A DNA stretch of 54,357 nucleotides, from assembly GCA_964481245.1 (NCBI GenBank), contig CAYZUV010000001.1:1-54357 (forward strand), in the 5' to 3' direction. Positions 18,050 to 26,692 of this stretch are shown here, piece after piece (position 1 is the stretch's first letter; each line of letters begins with the position of its first letter). Position numbers and translations under genes: made by a program. The DNA is from an uncultured Pseudomonadales bacterium (GTDB lineage: Bacteria; Pseudomonadota; Gammaproteobacteria; Pseudomonadales; Azotimanducaceae). The notes under the pieces were generated by a model. The model did not search any database. It saw only the letters and a list, made by a program, of their open reading frames with translations, and had not been told where the DNA came from.

Positions 18050-18577
18050 CTACTCGTAACGATCTTTCAAAACAAAGAATGCGAGAAAGAGAAGCGCTGC
18101 GCTCATGGCCGCCGCGATATAAAAGCCTGGCACGCCGATTAGGTCGCTTAACGTAATCTTGCCAAAGTTCGCGTTCTGAATGAGCAGGGCGTCAAGGCTT
18201 GGGAAAGCGATCGCAAACAGGAATGCGCCCACGAGCGCACCAATGAGCGTGGCCACTGCATCGAGTTTGCCTTCCGCGGTGCCTACCACGCATGTCCCTG
18301 GGCAGTAGCCAGACACAGCCCAACCAATACCAAAAATACCACCACCTGCTGCGATTCCCCACAAATAGGCGGGCTTCACACTCATATGAGCTAATTGTCC
18401 GAGGTCAAGCAAGTAGATACCCAAGGTCCCGACCCCGATCGCGGTCATCATTAACTTAATAATGGTCATATCTTTAAGTAGGAGCGTTCCTAGAATATTT
18501 CGATAACTAGACGCACCCCCAAGATAAAGAATCGCGCCGAAGGCGCATCCAATGAGAAATCCAATCATTAAAGTCAT
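18050..18577 (-). CDS. YeeE/YedE-family sulfur-compound transporter, half-size subunit
   Basis: Polytopic membrane protein with the conserved Cys loop 'SGYCPGTC'. Confidence 0.8.
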   Translation of the reverse strand: MTLMIGFLIGCAFGAILYLGGASSYRNILGTLLLKDMTIIKLMMTAIGVGTLGIYLLDLGQLAHMSVKPAYLWGIAAGGGIFGIGWAVSGYCPGTCVVGTAEGKLDAVATLIGALVGAFLFAIAFPSLDALLIQNANFGKITLSDLIGVPGFYIAAAMSAALLFLAFFVLKDRYE

Positions 18578-18579
18578 GG

Positions 18580-19116
18580 TTAGTTACCTCTCTGACGGAA
18601 GAGAAATTTGGCTGTCAGGATTGCAACCGAGAAGGTTACGATCCCGAAAATAAGGGAACCGACGGCAAGTTGAGAAATGCCGCTGATCATATGTCCGCTT
18701 GTGCAGCCCCCAGCGAGCCGCGCGCCGAATAACAGAAGCAGACCGCCAGCGAAGGCTGCACTCAGTCGCTTGATTCGCGAAGGGCCAAACTGAGTGGCCC
18801 AAAGTCGAGGCATGGATCCCTTGTCTTCCTCAGGTTGCTTGTGCCCCAGTGCCCTGGAGGTCACGGCAGCTCCAATCAGCATGCCGAAGACCAGCATCCA
18901 ACCGTAGCCAACGCCCCAATCTTGTTTGGTTCCATATTTCGCAAGATAGGCATTCGTCTCTGCCATTTCTGGCGCGATGCTGTGTAGGGCTATCGCGTCC
19001 GTCACCACAAATTGCGTGGACACACCGAGTGGCGAAACGAGGTAGGTCGCGAGGGTGAGTAGAAGTCCCAATGAGACGCCCGCAGCTCGCCAGGAAATAA
19101 TTGGCTTATCATGCAT
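18580..19116 (-). CDS. YeeE/YedE-family sulfur-compound transporter, half-size subunit
   Basis: Polytopic, with conserved 'GGCTSGH'. The start at MHDK has RBS AAGAGG. Its stop lies 2 nt before the downstream partner's ATG. Confidence 0.8.
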   Translation of the reverse strand: MHDKPIISWRAAGVSLGLLLTLATYLVSPLGVSTQFVVTDAIALHSIAPEMAETNAYLAKYGTKQDWGVGYGWMLVFGMLIGAAVTSRALGHKQPEEDKGSMPRLWATQFGPSRIKRLSAAFAGGLLLLFGARLAGGCTSGHMISGISQLAVGSLIFGIVTFSVAILTAKFLFRQRGN

Positions 19117-19197
19117 ATGAATATGCCTCTTTGTTATATGATAGATCGGCAATTTAGCATGTTAGATTATTAAATAAAACTTATATAAGGAGGTCGA

Positions 19198-20127
19198 GTG
19201 CGCCGGCTTTGGGGACCTTTTTTGGTCATTCTGTGCATAGTGAGCCCCCGTGCCGAATCGGTTGAACCCTTGTGCCTTACGCGTGTGTCGGATGTAGTCT
19301 GGGTGGCTGTGGGTGAAACCGAGCCCCCGTCGTACGAGAATGCCGGACACAACAATAATCTCTCGATTATCTTGGGAGAGACCGAGGTCATCGTCGTCAA
19401 TGGGGGCGATAACGCCTGGCTAGCAGCAAGGCTGCACGCTGCCATCCGACGCTTAACGGATAAGCCCGTGACTTGGGTGATTAATGAAAATGGCCAAGGG
19501 CATGCGTTCTTGGGCAACAGCTATTGGCGAGACCAAGGCGCACGTTTGGTCGCGCATCAGGAGGCGTTGGAGGATATTCGATCGCGAGGCCCGTACGTCC
19601 TGGAGGCAATGCGCAAGCGAAATCGGGAGAAGGCCGCAGGTACGACCATCGTGCGCCCAGAAGCGATCAGTGAGGACCTGTGGATAGTGCCTGTCGGCGG
19701 CATTGAGGTTCAGGTGCTTCGATTTGGTCCCGCTCATTCACCGGGCGATGTGTCTGTTTGGTTGCCGCGAGATGGAATATTGATTGCAGGGGACATCGCA
19801 TTTCATGAGCGAATTCCAGGCGTCTTCCCTGAAACGGACGTTGAGCAGTGGCTCGTGTCCTATGATCGCATGCGTCAATTGCCAATCCGGACCATCGTGC
19901 CAGGCCACGGTCATCCCACGACAGAGAAAGATACGAGAGAGACAACTTACAACTATTTAAAATTTTTGTGGGAGGCGTCAATGGCGATTCTCGATGAGGG
20001 TGGCGGACTCAATGAGGCTTATGATATTGATCAGAGTGCGTTTGCACATCTGGACACCTTCGATGAACTCGCTGTGAAAAATGCGGGTAGGGTGTTCCAA
20101 CAGGTGGAGATGATCTTTTTCGAGTGA
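19198..20127 (+). CDS. MBL-fold protein with degenerate first metal motif (SoxH-like by context)
   Basis: Signal peptide. Later MBL motifs are present ('GPAHSPGD', 'AGDIAFH', 'VPGHGHP'), but the HxHxDH position reads 'NENGQGH'. RBS AAGGAGG precedes the GTG start. Confidence 0.7.
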   Translation: MRRLWGPFLVILCIVSPRAESVEPLCLTRVSDVVWVAVGETEPPSYENAGHNNNLSIILGETEVIVVNGGDNAWLAARLHAAIRRLTDKPVTWVINENGQGHAFLGNSYWRDQGARLVAHQEALEDIRSRGPYVLEAMRKRNREKAAGTTIVRPEAISEDLWIVPVGGIEVQVLRFGPAHSPGDVSVWLPRDGILIAGDIAFHERIPGVFPETDVEQWLVSYDRMRQLPIRTIVPGHGHPTTEKDTRETTYNYLKFLWEASMAILDEGGGLNEAYDIDQSAFAHLDTFDELAVKNAGRVFQQVEMIFFE

Positions 20128-20316
20128 GGATAAAGATCCCGCGTGAAGTTCGGGTGAGTGTCAGGCCGAGGAGCATGTGCAGTATGCTGGTTGGGACATG
20201 CGGTTTTAGGAAATCGTTGGGTCGATAACCGAGGAATTGAATGTTTGAGGTTGATACCGTTGTATTTATCGCTACTTGATACTCTCTATCGTTTGGTGGG
20301 TCGAAGCTGTGAAGAA

Positions 20317-20820
20317 ATGCTCTCAGGCGGCATGCTGTACCGATTGAGTTTACTTACGCTCTTGTTATCCATGAGTGGCACACTGCGCGCGGAGTTGGCT
20401 GCCGCGGAAAATTTAGCGCACCAGTGTTCGAGCGCAGAGGAGCATGAGAAAGTCTGTGTGGTTTACATCTCGCAACCGGGATGCCCCTTTTGCGCGCGAA
20501 TGGAAAGCGAGGTCTTGGGTCCTCTTCAAAAGATTCCCTGGCTTATGGACTCCATCGACCTGGTTGAGCTGGGCTGGGAGTTTGAACGTGTCGTGGGCTT
20601 TGGCGATCAGCGCATGACCGGACCGGAATTGATGGCGATACTCGGTGTGTCGGGTGCGCCCGCGCTTCTGTTTTTGGATGGACAGGGCAATGCACTGGTG
20701 GACCCAATATTGGGTTACCAATCGCCTGATTTTTTCTGGTTTTATCTGGAGCGTGCGATCGAGCTTGCTCAGCAGAAAATCAAGGCAAGCAGGTCCGATA
20801 ATTTACTTAAGTCAGACTAA
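20317..20820 (+). CDS. periplasmic thioredoxin-fold protein (SoxS/SoxW-like)
   Basis: Signal peptide 'LYRLSLLTLLLSMSG' and redox motif 'GCPFC' in a thioredoxin-like fold. The start is chosen at an internal ATG of the track ORF. Confidence 0.65.
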   Translation: MLSGGMLYRLSLLTLLLSMSGTLRAELAAAENLAHQCSSAEEHEKVCVVYISQPGCPFCARMESEVLGPLQKIPWLMDSIDLVELGWEFERVVGFGDQRMTGPELMAILGVSGAPALLFLDGQGNALVDPILGYQSPDFFWFYLERAIELAQQKIKASRSDNLLKSD

Positions 20821-21295
20821 GTTGATCCGCGAATCACCATTCACTGTCGGTCCCATGGTAGCTGCCCATGGCGCACTGGGTGCTGGGCTGCATGCTTAGG
20901 GGAGTTGTTAATAGAACACTCAAACGTGCAGAAGGCCGCGTCTTCAGGGGCAGATCTCGGAGTTCTCACTCAGACATGCTGGTGCACGGGCACTGATCGG
21001 CCGACGGATGGGCGCGAGTTCGTCTATGACTCAGGTTATGGTCTCGTGGAAAGGATCTGCTAGCCAATCCCTAAGATCTGTGCATTTGAATCTTTCTTTC
21101 GCAAGGCATGTGAATTGGCGCTCAAGGCCGCAGTCTGAAGCGCGTGACTCGATCAGAGCTCAATTCTTGGTTGTCGCTTGTCGACCCAGCTTAACGACTC
21201 ATGCGATACGCCCTTCGCTCTGGCTTGGGCAGTTTAGAGGGCCTGTGGTCTTGCGATGGTGGCCATCAGCCGACTCGGGCCTAAATTCTCTTGTG

Positions 21296-21339
21296 AGTTT
21301 TTTAAAAATAAGCGGCAGCGGGCCCGAAAGCCCGCCACC
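21296..21339 (-). terminator. strand-specific intrinsic terminator (minus strand)
   Basis: Minus-strand RNA folds as GGUGGCGGGC-UUUCGG-GCCCGCUGCC (10 bp, two G-U pairs), then GCUUAUUUUU. On the plus strand the two G-U positions become C-A and A-C mismatches. Confidence 0.5.
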
Positions 21340-21685
21340 ACTTAGGGGAGCCGGTTCACGCGAATCCAAACTTTGAGCGCGTTCTGATCGCGCTGTGACT
21401 CTCTGCCGCGCTGCCTCTAACAACTCGCTCTAAAGGGCAGGCGTTCCTGGTTCGTCACCAATCACTTGTCCGAGGAACGCAATTCTGGAGCTCAAATAAT
21501 CGTGTACTGACATTAGCTGAAGCGTAATAACAGTCAAGATTGTTTGTTTTTTTGATCGCCTCGTTCGCTCCGAAACCCTCGATATGTGGAGGAGTGCGCG
21601 CGATGCAGTCCCCTTAGTCGCCAATTTGACACCTCTCAACGCCGGGCCCTGCGCCTCTTCCGATCGGCTCGATAGGGCTCTTTGA

Positions 21686-21731
21686 CCCCCTCCGGGGGAT
21701 GATTAGACAGCCCCCCGGGGATTGATACAGC
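21686..21731. repeat. tandem pair of GC-palindrome units
   Basis: CCCCCTCCGGGGGATGATTAGACAGC is followed directly by CCCCCCGGGGATTGATACAGC. Each unit is a small GC hairpin plus a GAT..ACAGC tail. Confidence 0.5.
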
Positions 21732-21945
21732 TTCGGTCATGTAAATCTGTGGCCCTTGGTCGATGCCGAGCGATCGAAACGGGCGCCGCTATGATGTCGA
21801 CGGGTGGCAGCATCTAGAGGAAGCCAATCGGTTGAGTCCATGTCGAGACTAAGGTCTCGGTGCGGCGGGCCTGCGAAGCTTGACGCTGATATTAAAGGCC
21901 TCACCTCTTAGGGCGAGCCGGCCAACGCGAGCGCGCTCTAACCCA

Positions 21946-22866
21946 TCACTCCTCAGGATCTGGCAGAGGATAGTGCACGCCGGGGACGCCTTTTTCGAGC
22001 GCCTGATACCAGTCAGGTCTTGGCTGAACCGGTTGGTAAGACGAGGGAACCATGGGCTTGTCGGTATTCCACTCATGATGAATGGGCGGGATCTGAAAGG
22101 TGCCGTTGCTGGCATTGGTTCCCCCATCCACAAGCAAATCGACCCCAGTGATATAGCTTGCAAGATCTGAGGCCAAGAACATGACGGCATTCGTCACTTC
22201 CTGGGCATCACCCACGCGCCGCATGGGTGTTCGACTGGCGATCCACCGGTCGATACCCATGGCCTCTAACATGGGACGGGTCATCTCCGTGACGATAAAC
22301 CCTGGTGAGACCGAGTTAACTCGAACGCCACGATCCGCCCACTCACAGCCTAATTGATAAGTGAGATTGAGAAGGCCGCCTTTAGCGGCAGTGTAGCCAA
22401 TCACATTATTTTCATTGCCGCCGCTCGCCATAATTGAACAAATATTGACGATAGCGCCTTGGCCACGCTCGAGCATATGGCGCCCACACTCTCGTGCGTA
22501 TAAGAACGCACCCACCAGATCAACTGAAAGAATTTGGTTGAAAGTCTCGGTGTCAAATTGCTCGGCCGCGACGCCTCGGGCGTCTGCAATCCCCGCATTG
22601 TTGATCAGCACATCGATATGATCATGGGCAGCGATGCCTTCTTTGATCACTTGATGGACGTCCGCTTCTACTGAGACGTCACCCGTCACGACAGTCACCT
22701 TGGCACCTTTTTCCTCGCATTTTGAACCAACTTGTTCGAGCATCGCTTGGCTTCTTGCAGTGAGTATGAGGTCGGCACCTGCTTCCGCAAAACTGTAAGC
22801 AAATTGCTCGCCCAAGCCGTAGCTCGCGCCGGTAATGAGTACGACCTTGCCCTTAAAATCAAACAT
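21946..22866 (-). CDS. SDR-family oxidoreductase with a ~50-aa Pro-rich C-terminal extension
   Basis: 'ITGASYGLG' cofactor motif, 'NNAG', catalytic 'YTAAKGG'. The start is at MFDFKGK. Confidence 0.85.
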   Translation of the reverse strand: MFDFKGKVVLITGASYGLGEQFAYSFAEAGADLILTARSQAMLEQVGSKCEEKGAKVTVVTGDVSVEADVHQVIKEGIAAHDHIDVLINNAGIADARGVAAEQFDTETFNQILSVDLVGAFLYARECGRHMLERGQGAIVNICSIMASGGNENNVIGYTAAKGGLLNLTYQLGCEWADRGVRVNSVSPGFIVTEMTRPMLEAMGIDRWIASRTPMRRVGDAQEVTNAVMFLASDLASYITGVDLLVDGGTNASNGTFQIPPIHHEWNTDKPMVPSSYQPVQPRPDWYQALEKGVPGVHYPLPDPEE

Positions 22867-23297
22867 GCTGCTTCTCTCTATCGTCTGGTGTCTGGATGAG
22901 CCCTGCAGAGAACCTAGGGCGATCAATGAATGTTTTGCCGAGGTGTTGGCGTATTGGCTACGCTAGCTAATTTACACGTTAATTTCGAGACGCAGAGGCA
23001 ACTTCTTGCGTTGCGGGACATCCGCGAGTTGAGGTCTTTTGGATTGGCATGGCCGATGTGCCGGCGTATTGAGAGGTTCTAGAAATTAATGCGAAACCAT
23101 AAATCGTTGCCGTAGATGGCAATGTCGTCGGGATCTTTTCTCCGTTCTGACGTTTGGACTTTGATCTCTGAGGGCAATGGATGACGGCAGTCGCTCCTAG
23201 GGGAGTTAAGACTTCCGAGAAATTCATACGCTCGAGACGTGAGAACTTCGAGGTGTCAGGTTAGGATAGCGAGGTCCAGAAGAAGGTAGGTGGCGAG

Positions 23298-24368
23298 ATG
23301 ATTCCCAACACGATTGACGATGTAAGCACTGAATGGCTAGGCGAGATTTTAGGCTGCCGGATAGATGAGTTAACTGTGCGTCAGGTCGGGCAAGGTGTTG
23401 GTCTGATGGGGGATATCTTCAGAGTAGCGATTGCCGGTGATGACAAGGCCAAGGCACTTGGCAGTGTCGTCGTCAAGTTGCCGTCATCCTTTGAGGAAAA
23501 CAAACAGCAGGGCATCGCCCTTGGCATGTTCGAGGCTGAAGTCCGTTTTTACAATGAGCTGGCGCCATCTGTCGGCGTCGGGTTACCCCAAATTTTTCAC
23601 ACCGAAATTGTGACGGGCACCGCGGATTTCGTCATCGTCATGGAAGATCTGAGTGATCTGGTGCTCGTGAGCCAGGCAGATGGCATGACGTTCGAGCAAG
23701 CAGCGGCTGCGGTACGGGTTTTGGCCCAGATTCACGCGACGTGGTGGGGGCAAGGGCAAAACGCTGCGTTTGATTGGATACCCGCGATGGTAGGCCCTAG
23801 AATCGAGTATGTGGATCAGTTGCTTCTTCAGATCCAACCTGCCTTTGAAGCAGGATTTGCCGCTGCTCTGACGGACGATATGTTGGCAATATTTCGCGGT
23901 TTTGCCGGTAACTATCTGAAATTGAATAGCATTCTTTGCAACAGATCTCCGTGGACCATTGCACATCAGGATTATCGCGTGGAAAACATGATGTTTGCTT
24001 CTGGCGCGCAACCGCGCGTCGTTGTGATTGATTGGCAGGGTATTGGGCGAGGCCCTGGAGTCTATGATCTGTCCTATCTGATCAGTGGCTCCATGGATAT
24101 CGAGCTCCGCAGGACGCACGAGCAGTTCCTCGTTGATCTCTATCAGCAAACGCTCGAAGCGTCTGGTGTCACGGGCTATAGCGGTGAACAGGCTTGGGCA
24201 GATTACCAGCATGCGCAACTGATGGGGGGGCTGGCGACTGCGATGGTGGCGGGTGGCAACCTCGATCTATCCAATGAACGCGGTCAGCAGTTGGTCGCCT
24301 CAATGGCTATTCGGCACAGTCAAGCAGCACTTGATCATGGTGGTTTGGAAATACTTCGCGCGTTGTAA
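23298..24368 (+). CDS. phosphotransferase, APH/EcKL (DUF1679-like) kinase fold
   Basis: Catalytic loop 'HQDYRVENMMF' and metal-binding 'VIDWQG'. Confidence 0.75.
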   Translation: MIPNTIDDVSTEWLGEILGCRIDELTVRQVGQGVGLMGDIFRVAIAGDDKAKALGSVVVKLPSSFEENKQQGIALGMFEAEVRFYNELAPSVGVGLPQIFHTEIVTGTADFVIVMEDLSDLVLVSQADGMTFEQAAAAVRVLAQIHATWWGQGQNAAFDWIPAMVGPRIEYVDQLLLQIQPAFEAGFAAALTDDMLAIFRGFAGNYLKLNSILCNRSPWTIAHQDYRVENMMFASGAQPRVVVIDWQGIGRGPGVYDLSYLISGSMDIELRRTHEQFLVDLYQQTLEASGVTGYSGEQAWADYQHAQLMGGLATAMVAGGNLDLSNERGQQLVASMAIRHSQAALDHGGLEILRAL

Positions 24369-24791
24369 AACATTAACAGATGGGGAGGCTGTTCAAGCGA
24401 CGGAATCGCGCGCTTAATCAAGCGATCGCTTGCAGGCGATCTGTACTTGAGACTCTGTGCGTATAAGTTGCTGTAATCGTGTTGGCTCATCACGAGCGTG
24501 AGGCGCTGCCAGACCAGTGCCTAACGCAAGCTCGCGATCTGGAGTCCCGTCTCCCAGTTAATTCAGCGTTTGCCTCAGGTCTCAGGGTTTACGTGCGAAT
24601 CCAGAGCTGCAAAATGAGGGATCAACACCACCCAGACGATTGGTCGCGCATAGGTCTTTAGAGAGGGTTTGGGCCAGGCTCAAATCGCACCCGATGAAAC
24701 AGGGCACTCTGGTTCGTTGGCCGTGAAATTGACCAGAGAGGCGCGAGGCAGTCACTAGACGCGAGGTGACCAAGGCACACGAGGAAAAACA

Positions 24792-25289
24792 ATGCTTGTT
24801 CTCAAAGAGTTTGGACTTATCGGTTTGCTGTTAGCCTGGTCCGGGGCCGCCGTTGCTGTAGAAGTGGGAGATTCGGCGCCTCAATTTAGCGCGCCCACAC
24901 TGGGGGGTGAGGGTCCCGTCTCGATTGCTGATTACGCAGGAAAGGCCGTGATTCTTGACTTCTGGGCGAGTTGGTGTGGTCCGTGTCTGGTCGCTATGCC
25001 GGAGTTGGAGCGCTTGTCTAACGCGCTTGAACCGGAGTCGGCAGTGCTCCTCGCCGTAAGTGTTGATTCGGACCCTAAACGAGCTGCGCGCTTTATGAGG
25101 AAAATGGGCGTGAGTTATGATTCGCTCATCGATACGGACGGCAAAATAGCAGCACAATATGACTTGCCCGGTATGCCTACCACCTACGTCATAAACCCTG
25201 AAGGACTGATCGTGGCGCGCCATGTCGGTTTTAAGCCAGGCGATGAGGCGAAACTCGCAAGTGCGGTGAACGATGTCCTTTCAAAGTAA
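24792..25289 (+). CDS. TlpA-family thiol:disulfide oxidoreductase (periplasmic redoxin)
   Basis: Signal anchor and 'WASWCGPC' active site. Confidence 0.9.
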   Translation: MLVLKEFGLIGLLLAWSGAAVAVEVGDSAPQFSAPTLGGEGPVSIADYAGKAVILDFWASWCGPCLVAMPELERLSNALEPESAVLLAVSVDSDPKRAARFMRKMGVSYDSLIDTDGKIAAQYDLPGMPTTYVINPEGLIVARHVGFKPGDEAKLASAVNDVLSK

Positions 25290-25497
25290 ATCGCGCCTAT
25301 TGCTTGTGATGTTGGTGCTGGGTTTCGTCAGTGCCTGTCAGACCGTCGCACCCTGGGAGCGGGAAATTCTTGCGAAAGATGAAATGGCCTGGACCGAGGA
25401 CCCACTGGCTCAGGCGTTGGATCAGCAAGTCTACTTCAGTAAAGAGGGCGCGAGCGGCGGGCTAGGGGCAGCAGGGGGCGGGTGTGGCTGTAACTAA
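25273..25497 (+). CDS. DUF4266-type small lipoprotein
   Basis: Lipobox 'FVSAC', conserved 'WERE.L....M' region, Gly-rich tail ending 'GGGCGCN'. It overlaps the tlpA-like gene by 17 nt. Confidence 0.8.
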   Translation: MSFQSKSRLLLVMLVLGFVSACQTVAPWEREILAKDEMAWTEDPLAQALDQQVYFSKEGASGGLGAAGGGCGCN

Positions 25498-25507
25498 ACG
25501 TAATCAG

Positions 25508-26692
25508 ATGGACCGTAGCGCAAAACGTGAACATCACGGCGCCCCACAAGATTTAGGGCGAGCGCTGGTTGCGTTAACCACGGCGGCCATGGCACTCCCA
25601 GCGTTTTCGGTTAACCAACCGACTGAAACCAGCGTTGCGCTCCGAAGCAGTGTTTACCAAGAAGATCCAATAAAGAATGGGGATGAAACCATTCTTTTTG
25701 GATCAGCCGATCGATACAAAATCAAGATCAACCAGTTTTATTTGGAGCGTCCAGTCGGTAGCGACTGGGCCCTCAATCTGAATTACTCCAACGAAGCAAT
25801 GTCTGGCGCATCTCCTTGGGGCGCATCAGTGGATTCAGTAGGCGACCAACAGGTCATCATGTCTGGTGCGTCGATCGATGACTCTCGAAATAAATTGGAA
25901 GGGTCGCTCACCAAGTATTCAGACAATGCTGCATGGTCATTGTCGGTGGGCGGTTCGAGAGAGCATGACTATCGATCAAATTATGCTGGGATTCGCTGGA
26001 TCAACGAGTTTTTCCAAAAGAATACGACCCTAACGCTCGACGCCAGTTATGCGCGTGATACGTTGAATCCCACCGATGCTGTGCTCTACGGTCGCGTGGT
26101 AAAAGCAAGTAAGCAGAGTCGTAGCCTCGCACTCAGTGTGAGCCAGATCCTGAGCCGTAAGCAGATTGTACAGATGGGGTATGGCCTGACAAAGCGCGCC
26201 GGTTTTCTCAGTGATCCTTACAAGCTGAGAGACGTCAGGCCCGACAATCGAATCGAGCATCGTCTCACCGCGGGATATCTTCACTATGTAGAAGCGGCGG
26301 CCAGTCGGGTGCGAGCAGAGTATCGATATTACTGGGACTCCTACGACCTCGAGGCGCATACCGTCGAGTTCAGCATCCTGACCCCCTTTCTTGATCGCTG
26401 GGAAATCGAACCGGGCATTCGCCGTTACCAGCAGTCGTCTGCATCGTTTTTTACGCTGGGCGACCTCTATGACCGCCCGCTGTCATTGCCTCAATCGAGT
26501 GACTTCAGGTTGTCCGCATTTGGCGCGCTGAGCACCAAATTGGCCATCAACTACAAGCGAGATGCCCTCAAAGTAGGGCTGCAGTACGAGCGCTACCGAT
26601 CGAAACCCTCTTGGGGTCTCAGTGGGCAAGATTCACACGTTGCACTGCTCGGTTATGAGCTTCTCTCGCTCGGAATCCAGTTGAAATTTTGA
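25508..26692 (+). CDS. DUF3570-type predicted outer-membrane beta-barrel protein
   Basis: Signal peptide 'ALVALTTAAMALPAFS', alternating aromatic/polar strands, terminal 'GIQLKF'. The family name is assigned from the known DUF4266/DUF3570/ApbE neighbourhood. The alternative GTG start at 25484 overlaps the upstream gene. Confidence 0.65.
   Translation: MDRSAKREHHGAPQDLGRALVALTTAAMALPAFSVNQPTETSVALRSSVYQEDPIKNGDETILFGSADRYKIKINQFYLERPVGSDWALNLNYSNEAMSGASPWGASVDSVGDQQVIMSGASIDDSRNKLEGSLTKYSDNAAWSLSVGGSREHDYRSNYAGIRWINEFFQKNTTLTLDASYARDTLNPTDAVLYGRVVKASKQSRSLALSVSQILSRKQIVQMGYGLTKRAGFLSDPYKLRDVRPDNRIEHRLTAGYLHYVEAAASRVRAEYRYYWDSYDLEAHTVEFSILTPFLDRWEIEPGIRRYQQSSASFFTLGDLYDRPLSLPQSSDFRLSAFGALSTKLAINYKRDALKVGLQYERYRSKPSWGLSGQDSHVALLGYELLSLGIQLKF

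Noticed and set aside
24419-24432. A perfect 14-bp palindrome CAAGCGATCGCTTG (containing GCGATCGC) about 360 nt upstream of the tlpA-like gene.
   Set aside because: It occurs once. A 14-bp perfect palindrome is expected by chance a few times in 54 kb. It is too far from the start codon to call an operator without data.
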